Below are positions 29,172 to 39,995 of a stretch of 64,000 nt of DNA, piece after piece. A program made the translations under genes and the position numbers. The notes below the pieces were generated by a model. The model was given only the letters and a program-made list of their open reading frames with translations, was not told the origin of the DNA and ran no database searches. Where the stretch lies: positions 744,001 through 808,000 of the forward strand of contig CP128816.1 in NCBI GenBank assembly GCA_051546255.1, in the 5' to 3' direction. Position 1 is the first letter of the stretch. Each line of letters starts with the position of its first letter. This stretch comes from Meyerozyma guilliermondii. Its lineage: Eukaryota.

Positions 29172-31523
29172 CTACTTTTTTTGGTTCCCGATGTAGTTGA
29201 TGGCTGAACCGGCCTTGAAGAACTCGACTTGATCCTTCGACATGGTGTGTTTGCACTCAATGTCAAATTCGCTGCCGTCTTTCTTGGTGACATGAACCGT
29301 CAAAGATCCGCCATTGTCACCTCCTTTAGATATCATTTCTCTTAAATTGACTGTGGTCAAGACATCTCCACCCGAGATGCGATCGTAGTCTTGTTCGTTT
29401 GCAAAAGTCAATGGCAACATACCTTGTTTCTTCAAGTTTGTTTCGTGGATTCTCGCAAAGGATTTGACGAGAATAATAGATCCTCCTAAAAATCTTGGCG
29501 ATAAAGCAGCGTGCTCTCTGGCAGAACCTTCTCCATAATTGTGTTCAGCAACAACAACCCACGGACGATGTTCTTCTTTCCACTTGATCATAAGTTCAGG
29601 AATTCCATATGGAGATCCATCCAAATCGTAAGCCTTATTAACTTCACCAGTTTCCTTGTTAACAGCTCCAATTAATGTGTTGTAAGAGATGTTCTCGAGG
29701 TGACCCTTGTACTTGAGCCAGGCACCAGCCGCTGAAATGTGGTCGGTGGTACACTTACCTTCAACTTTGAGAAGAACATGGGTCAGTAGCTCTTCACCAT
29801 TCCATGGCTTGAATGGGTCCAAAAGCTGTAATCGGTCCGACTCTGGAGAAACATTGACTTGCACTTCTGGCTTGGGTTTTGGATCTGCCTCTGGGTAGAA
29901 TTCGGCTCTTCCTTTTTCGAATCCACTCGAAGGTAATTCTGCACCTGATGGAGGTTCAAATCGGAATTCCAGACCATCTTCCAACTTGATAGAGTCGGTA
30001 ATAGGGTTGAACGACATGTCACCCGAATAGATCATGGCAGTAACCATATCGGGGGAAGTCAAGAAGTTCATGGTGTTTCTGTTACCATCGTTTCTTGCCT
30101 TGAAGTTTCTGTTGAAGGATGTGAAGATTGCGTTGAAATCAGTGGAGTCTTTGCTCACATCACCACGATCCCACTGACCGATACATGGACCACAGGCATT
30201 TGCCAAGACAACAGCACCGTTGTTCTCGAACGTCTCAAGTAAGCCATCTCTTTCAATAGTGGCTCTAATTTGCTCAGAACCTGGTGTCACAAAGAAGGGA
30301 ATTTTGGGCTTCAAGCCGGCTTTTTCAGCTTGACGAATAATGGACACGGCTCTAGACATATCTTGGTACGAAGAGTTGGTACAAGAGCCAATTAAACCGG
30401 CGCTAACGGTAGATGGCCATTTTTCCTTGGCTGCAACTTCTCCGAAAGAAGAGATTGGTGTCGACAAGTCTGGTGTGAATGGACCATTGACATGGGGCTC
30501 CAACTCCAGAAGATTTATCTCGATAACTTTATCGTACTGAGCTCCTTTGTCTGCTTGCAAAAAGCCATATGCCTTGTTGACAGCATCAGCGGCACGGGAA
30601 ATAGGTTCTCTGTTGGTTTGAATTAAATAACGACGATGGGCGTCTTGGTAAGGAAAGGTGGAGGTGGTAGCACCTATTTCCGCTCCCATATTACAAATAG
30701 TAGCCATTCCAGTGCAAGAGAGAGATTCAACTCCTTCTCCAAAATATTCTACAATGTAGCCTGTGCCTCCACGAACGGTCAAAATACCCGCCAAGTAGGT
30801 GATAACGTCCTTGGGAGTCGACCACTTCGATAAGTGTCCTGTGAGCTTCACACCGAGGATTTTTGGTGCCTTCAACTCCCATGGTGTACCGGTCAATGCA
30901 TCGACAGCGTCAGCACCACCCACACCAATGGCAATTGCACCCAATCCTCCAGCATTGGGGGTATGTGAATCGGTACCCAACATCATCAAACCTGGAACCG
31001 AAAAGTTTTCCAATACAATCTGATGAATAATTCCGGACCCAGGTCCCCAAAATTGTATACCATATTTTTCACCACAACTTTGCAAAAAGTCAAAAACTTC
31101 CTTGTTGGTTGAAATCGACGAAACCAAGTCCTCCTTCTCTCCATCCTTGCCTACAATCAAATGGTCACAATGAATGGAAGCAGGAACAACTGTAGATGAC
31201 ATTCCACATGTCATGAACTGTAAAAGTGCCATTTGTGCCGAAGCATCTTGCATGGCTACTCGGTCAGGATTCAACTTGAGGTACTGCTGGCCCCGGATAT
31301 CACTAAGACGACCCTGTAAACTCTCTTCAGGATCCACAAGATGCGAATAAAGGATCTTTTCAGCCAAAGTCAATGGCTCATCTCCAACAATTCTTCGAAC
31401 TTGTTGAAGTTTTCCCACCAATTTTGAGTAGGGAGGAGTGCGACTGGAATACTCCTGCGGCACCTCGAGGCTTCTCGCCGCTGTGGCTAGCGTTCTGTAC
31501 GAAATAGACCTGGCCCTCAACAT
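29172..31523 (-). CDS. ACO2: Mitochondrial aconitase homolog Aco2 (homocitrate dehydratase)
   Basis: DRVAMQDASAQMALLQF, GSCTNSSY, NACGPCIG; Arg-rich presequence from ATG 31523. Confidence 0.9.
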   Translation of the reverse strand: MLRARSISYRTLATAARSLEVPQEYSSRTPPYSKLVGKLQQVRRIVGDEPLTLAEKILYSHLVDPEESLQGRLSDIRGQQYLKLNPDRVAMQDASAQMALLQFMTCGMSSTVVPASIHCDHLIVGKDGEKEDLVSSISTNKEVFDFLQSCGEKYGIQFWGPGSGIIHQIVLENFSVPGLMMLGTDSHTPNAGGLGAIAIGVGGADAVDALTGTPWELKAPKILGVKLTGHLSKWSTPKDVITYLAGILTVRGGTGYIVEYFGEGVESLSCTGMATICNMGAEIGATTSTFPYQDAHRRYLIQTNREPISRAADAVNKAYGFLQADKGAQYDKVIEINLLELEPHVNGPFTPDLSTPISSFGEVAAKEKWPSTVSAGLIGSCTNSSYQDMSRAVSIIRQAEKAGLKPKIPFFVTPGSEQIRATIERDGLLETFENNGAVVLANACGPCIGQWDRGDVSKDSTDFNAIFTSFNRNFKARNDGNRNTMNFLTSPDMVTAMIYSGDMSFNPITDSIKLEDGLEFRFEPPSGAELPSSGFEKGRAEFYPEADPKPKPEVQVNVSPESDRLQLLDPFKPWNGEELLTHVLLKVEGKCTTDHISAAGAWLKYKGHLENISYNTLIGAVNKETGEVNKAYDLDGSPYGIPELMIKWKEEHRPWVVVAEHNYGEGSAREHAALSPRFLGGSIILVKSFARIHETNLKKQGMLPLTFANEQDYDRISGGDVLTTVNLREMISKGGDNGGSLTVHVTKKDGSEFDIECKHTMSKDQVEFFKAGSAINYIGNQKK

Positions 31524-31559
31524 GCTGTAGTGTGCCAATAAAATGATTTGAGAATGCGG

Positions 31560-31568
31560 ATGAGTCAT
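31560..31568. promoter_or_regulatory. Gcn4 site ATGAGTCAT upstream of ACO2
   Basis: Perfect ATGA(C/G)TCAT consensus 5' of a lysine-pathway gene. Confidence 0.7.
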
Positions 31569-31793
31569 GCTGATGTAAGCGGGCGATGCGATAACGACAT
31601 CAGGCTAAGTGGGGTGGATGGCAATGAATGAGAAATGGCGTGTAGTGAATGGAGGGAATGTGTAGTGTAGTAAGTACGGTTTAGTAGATGATGAGCTGGT
31701 CTAAGATTGAAGCTTAATTGCAAAAGGCTTCAAAGTGATAATTTTTCTTATTTTCTCATTTTGCAATCTTAAAGAATGTTGCAATCATGTCCA

Positions 31794-34700
31794 TTATAAT
31801 ACATTATTTACTGTTTGTCCTTCACGGGGTTGTATCAAACAACTAAGTTTCCATGCGCGATCGTCTTCTTTCCTGTTGAGCTGACACACCTTCCATATCT
31901 CGAGTAATAACAACTCTTGCAAGTGAGGTGAAGCTACAATATTGTAGTCCTCCAATTCCTGGGGCTTACCATTACCGCCAAAGAAACTGTTGCGAGAGAC
32001 TTCCTTAGATATTGCTTGTGATCCATATGGTGTTTGCAAGCTTTCAATGTCTGCAATGATACGAGTAACCTTCAAATACTTGTCAATGTTGATCAACTTT
32101 TGATTGAGGAAAGTGTTAGCCTTTCTGAAATTTGGATTTCCATCCATGACAAACGTCAAATCTTGCAAAAACAACTGGAAGTAGGGCACAATGGGAATGT
32201 TGTAGTCATTGGCCACCAAGAAGTTCCGCAACTTTGTACGGTAAACGTTATAGTTCTTGTTGGGGTGCACTATACCAGACAAATACTCATACAATTCAGT
32301 GTACTTGTCGGAAAGTTCCACCCATATGCGATCCAATCTCGTGACTAAATGAGATTGCAAAGCTGTGATGATTGCCGCAAGCGAGTTGAAGTTCCGTAAG
32401 TACAAGCATGAAATTGCAACTTTGAGCCATGTCTTCACCATATTCACCCTCATCTTGATATTGATCTTGGGCTGCAAAATCGACTCCAATACATATGACG
32501 ACAAACTGTTTGTAAACAAAACAGATTTTCTGACGTTCGGCGCCAAATTAAGATGCGCCCGCTTCGATGTGTAGTTTTCGTTTAACAATTCCTCCGGTTT
32601 GATGCTGCAAAAGATATACGATTCCACGAGAGTCAATTGCTTGGCGATTTCTAAACCATTGAAGTCAAGTAAATTGGGTCGATAATTAGATAACACCCAA
32701 CTTTGATCACATATCTTGTACCAATTGTCCAACATGATACCCAATGGCAATGGTATAAACTCCTTCGTACTGATGAACTTTTCACTACACCAGCTTTCTC
32801 CCAAGATTGCACGGTACGTCAAATTGACATTTTCAATCGTAATCAACTGATTTTTAGTGAGGAGCGAATTAGCCGAGGAGGTCTGGTTTCCAACACCAAG
32901 TGGCATAGGAAGGGTCATTGATTTCAAAGAGCTTGAAGTGGACGAGTTGGTGTTGATTTTACTCAACTCATACCCGTCTACCATCGAATACCGTGAACTC
33001 AAGGTGCTGTCAACAAAAGTTCTTTCGGTGGCATTTTTCCTGTTCATTCTTGTGACAGTAATACTACGAGTTATCAACTGCTTTGCAGGTTTCGCTTTGC
33101 GAGACTTACCTTGGTTCTCGATTAGCGGCTTGGAAGACAACTTTGCTGCTACCTCTAACAATTTCATAGCGTCAAGGGGCAAGTAGTTGGCGACACCTTC
33201 GTTGAAAAAGTTGATGAATGTAGTCAACAATGGAGAATCAGCTTCGTGATTCCAATAGGATTCCAACCACAATTGGAACATCTTGACAATCAACCGCCTC
33301 CGATTCTTGAGTTTTATTTCATAGTTGATGTCCACATTCTGAGAGTTGTTACCAAGCTCAAATCTAGTAATTAGCTCTTCAATCAAATCGATACCATTTG
33401 TAAATGTTCGGAAGCAGATGAAAAAGGTAGACACGAAAAAGTATTCTGGGGGCGAGTCTTCGTTCGTCAACGTGTAAACCAATCCTTTGAATGAGGCGCC
33501 CAATAAATTGCCGTTGCTATCAACAAGAAGCTCATCATTGATGTTATGCTTGACAGTATCTGATTGGTTGGTGAATGGTTTGAAAGCATCATCATCTCCA
33601 AATTTTCCATTTTCGTTGGGCATAACGTCGTGTAGCATACTGAGACCACCAGGTGTTATATCCAATGCTCCAGTTTGCCCTCTACGCATCATCGAGAACC
33701 TATTAGATGCCTGCTTTTTGGCAGGCATGTATTCTTTCATCTGTTTTTTCGTCAAATCTTGATATTGAACCATTCCAATAGTGCATTTCTTGACAAATTC
33801 TTCTGGGTCTATCTTCATTTTAGCGTAATCAGGGTAAGAACGCTCGGCGTTTAATTTGAAATCACCAGTGACTTCGAAAAGTTTACGAATTGCAGATACT
33901 GTACCAGAAATGGACTTTATCATTTTGGCAGCAATCTGAATTAATGCTCCTCCCTCGGCAGTGTAGTGGTAGTCTTTTGGACCAGCACTCTTATTTGCTC
34001 TCTTAGAGAGATAAACATTCTTGTCTTCCTCGGTTTCATTGAGCGTCTTCAGGACAAGTGCTTTGACATCCGTGACAAGATCACTCACTAACGACAATAG
34101 CGAGTCTAAAGAGTCATCTAGTTCAGCTGGTTTCTCCGCCGAAAAGTCTGAGCCTGTTTTTGATATAAAGAGAAGTTCTCTGAGAAGTAAGATGATTTGA
34201 TGGGTCAAAACCTCAAGCATGTCACAACCAACAGGGTTGTGCTCCACCAAGTCAAGACGTCCGATAATCAAACCCAAGTAAGAATACAAGAGACCATTGA
34301 TTTCGGTCACCCTTTGCTTTGCTTGGGGAGGCGAAGGAAGTAAAGGATGATTGTTCATATCGCTCTGAAGTGCCCGCTCCGTATCTCTCTTTACGATTTG
34401 TCTGCTTTCAATGGACCAGACTTGAAGAAATGCTGTAGCCTTACGTATCACTTGATACACCATCAAAGTTAATACCTCTATCTTGTTGAAATTCGAAGTG
34501 CCTTTGAAATCGTTCGCCTTCAACATAAGATTATACCAGTCTGCGAGCAAAGACTTTCTGGTCTTACGCACCACTGGCCGTTTTGTGACAATTTCGTTGG
34601 CTCTTGACAAGCAATCAGTCTCTTGAAGGAGCAATCTGACACCGTCCCGAATCATGTTGATTACTCGTATCGAAAACGTGTACTTTCCGTGACGGTTCTT

Positions 34701-36161
34701 GTGTGAAAGTGGGTTTGTCAAAAACTTGCCACATGAGTGAAATAAAGGCTTGAGGTAGATACTGTTCGGAATGGCTCCAATATCGTCGTCGTCGAACGGT
34801 TCTGCTCCGTCAAGGTCCTCTTCAACCCCGATCGTAAAATAGTTCATAGGAATCCACCCGCGCTGCAATGACTCAACGAGTGTGACTTCTCCCCAGCCTG
34901 ATTCATCGATAGTATGGACAAAAGCCAAGTCTCCTTTATCAAAAGAGAGACAAATGGAAGCATCTGATTCCGATTGAAGGGTCGAAGAGTCAAACGGATG
35001 AATTGCTCGTATGAACAAAGAAGCAAGATTCTCCTCATCCACTTGGATCTTTGATGACATAGAGTTTGGTATGCTATCCACCGTGGTTTCAGCGGTAGAA
35101 GACTCATCCAAATGGGACGCATCCGCAGATCGAGGATCAAGAGACGAATCGCCATAAGAATCGCCTACAAGAGAAGGTGCTGCACTGTGTATGGCCAAGT
35201 CGTTCTTTTCCTTTTCACTGAGCTCGTTCTTTGATCCATTTTCCTGATCAAACTTGTAAACCAAGTCACGGCGAATGGGAACATCCTCCAAAGTTGAGCC
35301 AGCTTTTGGTTTGGTGGGAGAGACACGCAGACCACGGAAATTGACAAACGATGCATCTTGGTTGAAATTAAAGTTAGTCAGCGAGCTGTTTGAGATGGTC
35401 TTATCGGTACCACTAGTAACGGTTTCTGTGTCTTGCGCCAAACGAGCACGTTCCTTGTTGGTGACATAGTTCCGGATCAGAGACGCTCTGCTACTGCTGG
35501 CGCTTGAGCGGCTGAAAGAGGAAGTGCTTATCACGGACGAGCGATCACGGGCGACCGACGACTCTGCATCGTTCTGTATTTGAGTATCATCGTCAAACGA
35601 GCTATCTGGACCGTAGGGTTCGTCAATACGCTTGTAGTAAGCACTGGTGCGGTTGTCGTATGGCAATTGATTATTGTCTTTGTTCACACGATCAACGTTT
35701 TGCTGAAATGAGTTTTTGAAGAGGTACGAGTCTCCAGAGGTGCCGTTAGACGACAGCTGAAGAGTGACTGAGAGACGTTTAAATCTCGAGTGGAGTTCTT
35801 GGTGTGGCAAAAGCGACGACCTGGAAGGGCCGGTGCCATTTTGGAAAAACCCGTCGTTGCCTATTATAGGGGTTTCGTCGTTGACAAAATCGGGAACGTT
35901 ATCAAGTTTTGGAGTAGTATCGTACACTCCAGCAGAAGCACCAGGCACTGCAAGCGAGTTTTCGCTCTGCTCGCTGCCACTGTGAGCCGTGACGTAAGTC
36001 TGGAACGTCAGAGTGCTGGGTTCTGTGTTCATTTGTCGTTGTTCGTTGGTGTATTCTTCATCAGCATCTTCGTTAAGTTGTTCGAGTTCGTCACGACGAA
36101 AAGCAAAATTTGACTCGACTGGCGAGTAGACGCTCGAGGAGGTGCTATAGTGGACAGGCAT
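31794..36161 (-). CDS. BUD5: Ras-family GEF with SH3, REM and CDC25 domains (Bud5-like)
   Basis: SH3 (CLSFDKGD...GWGEV...GWIPMNY), REM (FVSTFFICFRTF), CDC25 (EIAKQLTL, LRNFNSLAAI, VPYFQLFLQDL). Confidence 0.8.
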   Translation of the reverse strand: MPVHYSTSSSVYSPVESNFAFRRDELEQLNEDADEEYTNEQRQMNTEPSTLTFQTYVTAHSGSEQSENSLAVPGASAGVYDTTPKLDNVPDFVNDETPIIGNDGFFQNGTGPSRSSLLPHQELHSRFKRLSVTLQLSSNGTSGDSYLFKNSFQQNVDRVNKDNNQLPYDNRTSAYYKRIDEPYGPDSSFDDDTQIQNDAESSVARDRSSVISTSSFSRSSASSSRASLIRNYVTNKERARLAQDTETVTSGTDKTISNSSLTNFNFNQDASFVNFRGLRVSPTKPKAGSTLEDVPIRRDLVYKFDQENGSKNELSEKEKNDLAIHSAAPSLVGDSYGDSSLDPRSADASHLDESSTAETTVDSIPNSMSSKIQVDEENLASLFIRAIHPFDSSTLQSESDASICLSFDKGDLAFVHTIDESGWGEVTLVESLQRGWIPMNYFTIGVEEDLDGAEPFDDDDIGAIPNSIYLKPLFHSCGKFLTNPLSHKNRHGKYTFSIRVINMIRDGVRLLLQETDCLSRANEIVTKRPVVRKTRKSLLADWYNLMLKANDFKGTSNFNKIEVLTLMVYQVIRKATAFLQVWSIESRQIVKRDTERALQSDMNNHPLLPSPPQAKQRVTEINGLLYSYLGLIIGRLDLVEHNPVGCDMLEVLTHQIILLLRELLFISKTGSDFSAEKPAELDDSLDSLLSLVSDLVTDVKALVLKTLNETEEDKNVYLSKRANKSAGPKDYHYTAEGGALIQIAAKMIKSISGTVSAIRKLFEVTGDFKLNAERSYPDYAKMKIDPEEFVKKCTIGMVQYQDLTKKQMKEYMPAKKQASNRFSMMRRGQTGALDITPGGLSMLHDVMPNENGKFGDDDAFKPFTNQSDTVKHNINDELLVDSNGNLLGASFKGLVYTLTNEDSPPEYFFVSTFFICFRTFTNGIDLIEELITRFELGNNSQNVDINYEIKLKNRRRLIVKMFQLWLESYWNHEADSPLLTTFINFFNEGVANYLPLDAMKLLEVAAKLSSKPLIENQGKSRKAKPAKQLITRSITVTRMNRKNATERTFVDSTLSSRYSMVDGYELSKINTNSSTSSSLKSMTLPMPLGVGNQTSSANSLLTKNQLITIENVNLTYRAILGESWCSEKFISTKEFIPLPLGIMLDNWYKICDQSWVLSNYRPNLLDFNGLEIAKQLTLVESYIFCSIKPEELLNENYTSKRAHLNLAPNVRKSVLFTNSLSSYVLESILQPKINIKMRVNMVKTWLKVAISCLYLRNFNSLAAIITALQSHLVTRLDRIWVELSDKYTELYEYLSGIVHPNKNYNVYRTKLRNFLVANDYNIPIVPYFQLFLQDLTFVMDGNPNFRKANTFLNQKLINIDKYLKVTRIIADIESLQTPYGSQAISKEVSRNSFFGGNGKPQELEDYNIVASPHLQELLLLEIWKVCQLNRKEDDRAWKLSCLIQPREGQTVNNVL

Positions 36162-36507
36162 GGTTAACAATAAATCAAATCAGGACTTGAAAAACGGAAG
36201 ATTCGTTGTAAAAAACGGCTGATTCAAGGGTAAATTGGGGTAAAAAAAAGGAGTGAAAAATGAGTGAATTTGGGTAAAAAAGTAAAGATCCTGAAAGTGT
36301 ACAGCACACAAGGACTCACAAGTAATTCTAGTACGATTTCCTAGCAGGAATGTACTTTAAAAAAAAACCGAATGTGCTCCGAGTTTTGGTTAAATCGCCG
36401 CAGACGCGCGACCGCCGCGTCAGAAGAGAATGAGGTGCAAGGCTGCAATTAGGCGAATGCGGATGGAGAATCCGGTGCACTGGGTGCGATAACACAATCG
36501 AGATTCG

Positions 36508-39500
36508 ATGAGCATCGTCATGTTTAGTTGTGTAACGTGCCACTACACGGGGGATGCTTCTGAGATCACCAAGCATCTTTCTTCCACAAGACACAAGTCT
36601 GCGGAATCAGGGGACGAAGTTATAGCATGCGAGGAATGCGAAGATTCCAATATTCATCAGCTTCAGATTCTCCGATTTGGTCTCTCTGAGATGTCATTAT
36701 TGTGTAACCAATGTGCCGCCAAAGAGGACTCACCATCGGCTCTGTACACGCTTTCCAATGGCTCATTCTTCCAAAAACTAGGCCAATATTATAAGCTAGT
36801 CGACATGGAGTGCCAATATTGTGGTTCGGTCAGTCACCTATTTGTCGCCAATCCTCAAGGAAAGCCACAAATGATTGTTTGTAGAAATTGTTTGCCCAAG
36901 GCAACAGAAGAAAACCAACGTATATCGTTTGTAAGTGAACGAGATGATCATTTTTTGACGGAGTTGTTGGGAATCAAAGAGCATGTTGCACCTGGAGGTA
37001 AGCGAAGAAGCCGAAAAGTCGGCAGAAAGGGTGGCAGAAATGACAAGAAATCGCGACCCAAGGTTGTTCTGCCCGAAGCAGAGGAAAGAAGAGCTCATTA
37101 TCAGAACAAAATTGCCACCGCTAAGGCGATAAAATCGGGTGCTACTATGCGTGCCGTGGGTTCCAATGAGCTGAGTGCACCTGGCTCTGGAGCCTCGTCC
37201 CGCATACCTTCTCGCACCAGCACCCCTCAGCCGAACAAGGGAAAGGGTAAAGGTAACGATAAACGTAACGATAAACGTAACGATAAATCTGGAGCTAAAC
37301 CTGGTGTTAAAAATGGAACTAAAAATGAAGTTAAAAATGGAGCTAAAAATGAAGCTAAACCTGGAGCAAAAGATGGAGCTAAATCGGGACCTAAATCTGG
37401 ACCTAAATCAGGATCCAATTCGGTTTTTAAGTCTGGTTCCAAACCTCATAATCATGATTCGCTTGGAAAAGATCGTAATAATGACAAAACTCCCGCCGGA
37501 AACTCCAATAATGGTTCTGGTACAAGCAACAAAAAAGGCCTGAAACCTCTGAGTGGGCCAATTGCACATAACAAAAACAACGGATTGTCTTCCCAAAGTC
37601 GAAACGAGGCCAAACCAAGCAAGGGAAATGTCTCATCCAACAAACGAAACTCAAAAAAACCTGAAGACAACAAGAAAGATGCAAGAAATCCGGGGAAAGA
37701 AAACAGCAACCCAAAAACTGAATCTACGGTACTGAAGCAAGCGCCTGAAGTCAAGGAAATACCACTTGAACTACCACCAGGTATAGCGAAATACAACCCA
37801 AGTCCAGAGCCTCCACTCACTTATCCATCAATGGATGAGTATTTCCGGGAAATCAGCTATCTTCTTTTCATGGAGGAAAAACTAAGCATGGGTGCAAGTA
37901 ATATGTCTTATTTGGAACCTCAAGATATGTTCCTTGAATGGTACCAAGAGCAAAACAAAAAGCATAAGCAATTCAAGGTTACAATACCATTGACCGACCA
38001 CATTCTTGACAAGTTTCTCTCCAAGAAAATGCAGCAATTGAAGAAAACACCGTTTGGTTTAAACCTGGCAATCATTTTGATGCTTGGAGACGACATTGCC
38101 TGGTATGCTCAAGTGATGACTTCAGACAGCGTTAAAGCCAAAAAAGGTGGTCGCAATGGCCCCATGGTTCTTGAAATGGTGGCTGAACTTTACAGCTGGA
38201 ACAACATGCCGTTACCATTGTCTGTCAATGTCAAGCATCTTCGAATTCTTCCTGTTTCAGTTCCTGTTAGCCGAGTATTTCTAGCAATGTCCCGCATTGA
38301 CAACCCCAAATTTATCAAGATGCTTCTAGGAAATGAACCTATAAAGCAGATAGTGTTCAAAAATTTCTTGACTTTCAAAAATCGAATCAACGAGTCTCAA
38401 AAAGTGGCAGTTCAGTCTGTACTTAACAATGCTATCACTGTGCTCCAGGGTCCACCAGGAACAGGTAAAACTTCCACCATCCACGAGATCATCTTGCAGT
38501 TACTGGAACTCAAAACTTTTCCCATTCTTGTTGTCGCTGCGTCCAATATAGCCATTGATAATATCGCTGAAAAGTTGATCAAAACCCATGGACGTGAAAT
38601 TTTGAGAATTGTCTCCAATGAGAAGGAAAAAGAGTACTCGAGAGACCATCCTCTCGCATCAATTTGCTTGCACCATAAAGTATACGATGCTCTTCCACAA
38701 CAAATGAAGCAAACGGTTGATGATCTCCGTCGTCCATTTTCGAATGTGAGCCAGAATCTGTATAAGAAACTTCTTACACAGCAGATCAAACTCTCCGATA
38801 TGTTCACGGCACAAGCCAAAGTCATCTTTACAACGACAGTTGTAGCTGGTGGAAACCAATTGAAGCTGGTGAAAAAATTACCAGTAGTTATCATGGATGA
38901 AGCCACTCAGTCGTCGGAGCCAACTACACTCATTCCTTTGTCTATGCCTGGAGTTGACAAATTCGTTTTTGTGGGAGACCAAAGACAGTTGAGTAGCTTC
39001 TCGATGGTGCCTAATCTCTCGTTGTCTTTATTTGAGAGAGTTCTTCTTAATAACTCGTACCGAAACCCACACATGCTCGATACTCAGTACCGAATGCATC
39101 CTGCCATTAGTGAGTTTCCTCGAGTCAAATTTTACGATGAACTTCTAAAGGATGGAATAACTGCTGATGATCGTGCCATGGACAACATTCCGGAAAATCC
39201 AGTGTATTTCTGGGACACCAAGGGAAAAGCCAGAGAGGACAGAGTTCGATATGGATTCCGCGAAGATAGAGGATACACTTATAGCAACTTGAATGAGATC
39301 GAATATGTCACAAAAGTGTTAATGAAGCTCATTTATGACAAGCAAGTATCGAAATCAGACATAGGTGTGATAACTCCCTATCGTGGCCAAAGAGATCTCA
39401 TTTCAAACCAACTTGTGAAAAATGATCTTATCAATCCTGAAAAGGAAGAAGTGCAAGTGGAAGTGGATAGAGATGACATTTACAACGAATCGAAACCGGT

Positions 39501-39783
39501 GACAGTCCACCTTGTTTCTGGCATCATGATAGCATCTATCGATGCTTTCCAAGGAAGAGAAAAGAACTTTTTGGTGATGTCTTGTGTGAGGTCCAATGAA
39601 GAACGCAAGATTGGGTTCTTGAATGATAAGAGAAGGTTGAATGTGGCACTCACTCGTGCCAAGTATGGGTTGATCTTGATTGGAGATGTATCGTGCTTGA
39701 AGGGAGATGAGCTCTGGAGAGAGTATTTGGAGTTTTTGGAGAAAAAGGGCTCCGTTTTCAGTAGCGATGAGTTTCTTTATTGA
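36508..39783 (+). CDS. ECM32: Upf1-like SF1 helicase Ecm32/Mtt1
   Basis: Cys/His-rich N-terminus; QGPPGTGKT, DEATQ, QYRMHP, IDAFQGREK, RRLNVALTRAK. Confidence 0.85.
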   Translation: MSIVMFSCVTCHYTGDASEITKHLSSTRHKSAESGDEVIACEECEDSNIHQLQILRFGLSEMSLLCNQCAAKEDSPSALYTLSNGSFFQKLGQYYKLVDMECQYCGSVSHLFVANPQGKPQMIVCRNCLPKATEENQRISFVSERDDHFLTELLGIKEHVAPGGKRRSRKVGRKGGRNDKKSRPKVVLPEAEERRAHYQNKIATAKAIKSGATMRAVGSNELSAPGSGASSRIPSRTSTPQPNKGKGKGNDKRNDKRNDKSGAKPGVKNGTKNEVKNGAKNEAKPGAKDGAKSGPKSGPKSGSNSVFKSGSKPHNHDSLGKDRNNDKTPAGNSNNGSGTSNKKGLKPLSGPIAHNKNNGLSSQSRNEAKPSKGNVSSNKRNSKKPEDNKKDARNPGKENSNPKTESTVLKQAPEVKEIPLELPPGIAKYNPSPEPPLTYPSMDEYFREISYLLFMEEKLSMGASNMSYLEPQDMFLEWYQEQNKKHKQFKVTIPLTDHILDKFLSKKMQQLKKTPFGLNLAIILMLGDDIAWYAQVMTSDSVKAKKGGRNGPMVLEMVAELYSWNNMPLPLSVNVKHLRILPVSVPVSRVFLAMSRIDNPKFIKMLLGNEPIKQIVFKNFLTFKNRINESQKVAVQSVLNNAITVLQGPPGTGKTSTIHEIILQLLELKTFPILVVAASNIAIDNIAEKLIKTHGREILRIVSNEKEKEYSRDHPLASICLHHKVYDALPQQMKQTVDDLRRPFSNVSQNLYKKLLTQQIKLSDMFTAQAKVIFTTTVVAGGNQLKLVKKLPVVIMDEATQSSEPTTLIPLSMPGVDKFVFVGDQRQLSSFSMVPNLSLSLFERVLLNNSYRNPHMLDTQYRMHPAISEFPRVKFYDELLKDGITADDRAMDNIPENPVYFWDTKGKAREDRVRYGFREDRGYTYSNLNEIEYVTKVLMKLIYDKQVSKSDIGVITPYRGQRDLISNQLVKNDLINPEKEEVQVEVDRDDIYNESKPVTVHLVSGIMIASIDAFQGREKNFLVMSCVRSNEERKIGFLNDKRRLNVALTRAKYGLILIGDVSCLKGDELWREYLEFLEKKGSVFSSDEFLY
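37240..37445 (+). repeat. Coding 12-bp tandem repeats in the ECM32 linker
   Basis: (GTAACGATAAAC) x3, followed by GAKP/GVKN/GTKN/EVKN/GPKS tetrapeptide units. Confidence 0.8.
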
Positions 39784-39995
39784 GTGAATTTGGTGAAAAT
39801 GCGATGAAGTCACAATTTTGTTAAGCGGAAGTGATACTTCCGGCTATATCTGATAGAGCTATAGAATGTAATTAGAATGTAATAGAATAGGCATTAAACA
39901 ACTGAACGAATCTACGCTTAGCGCTATACTATTTGATATGCAGTCCCGGCTAATATCTCGCGCCGCGCGGTTTGATATCGTTTCTTATTTACTCA

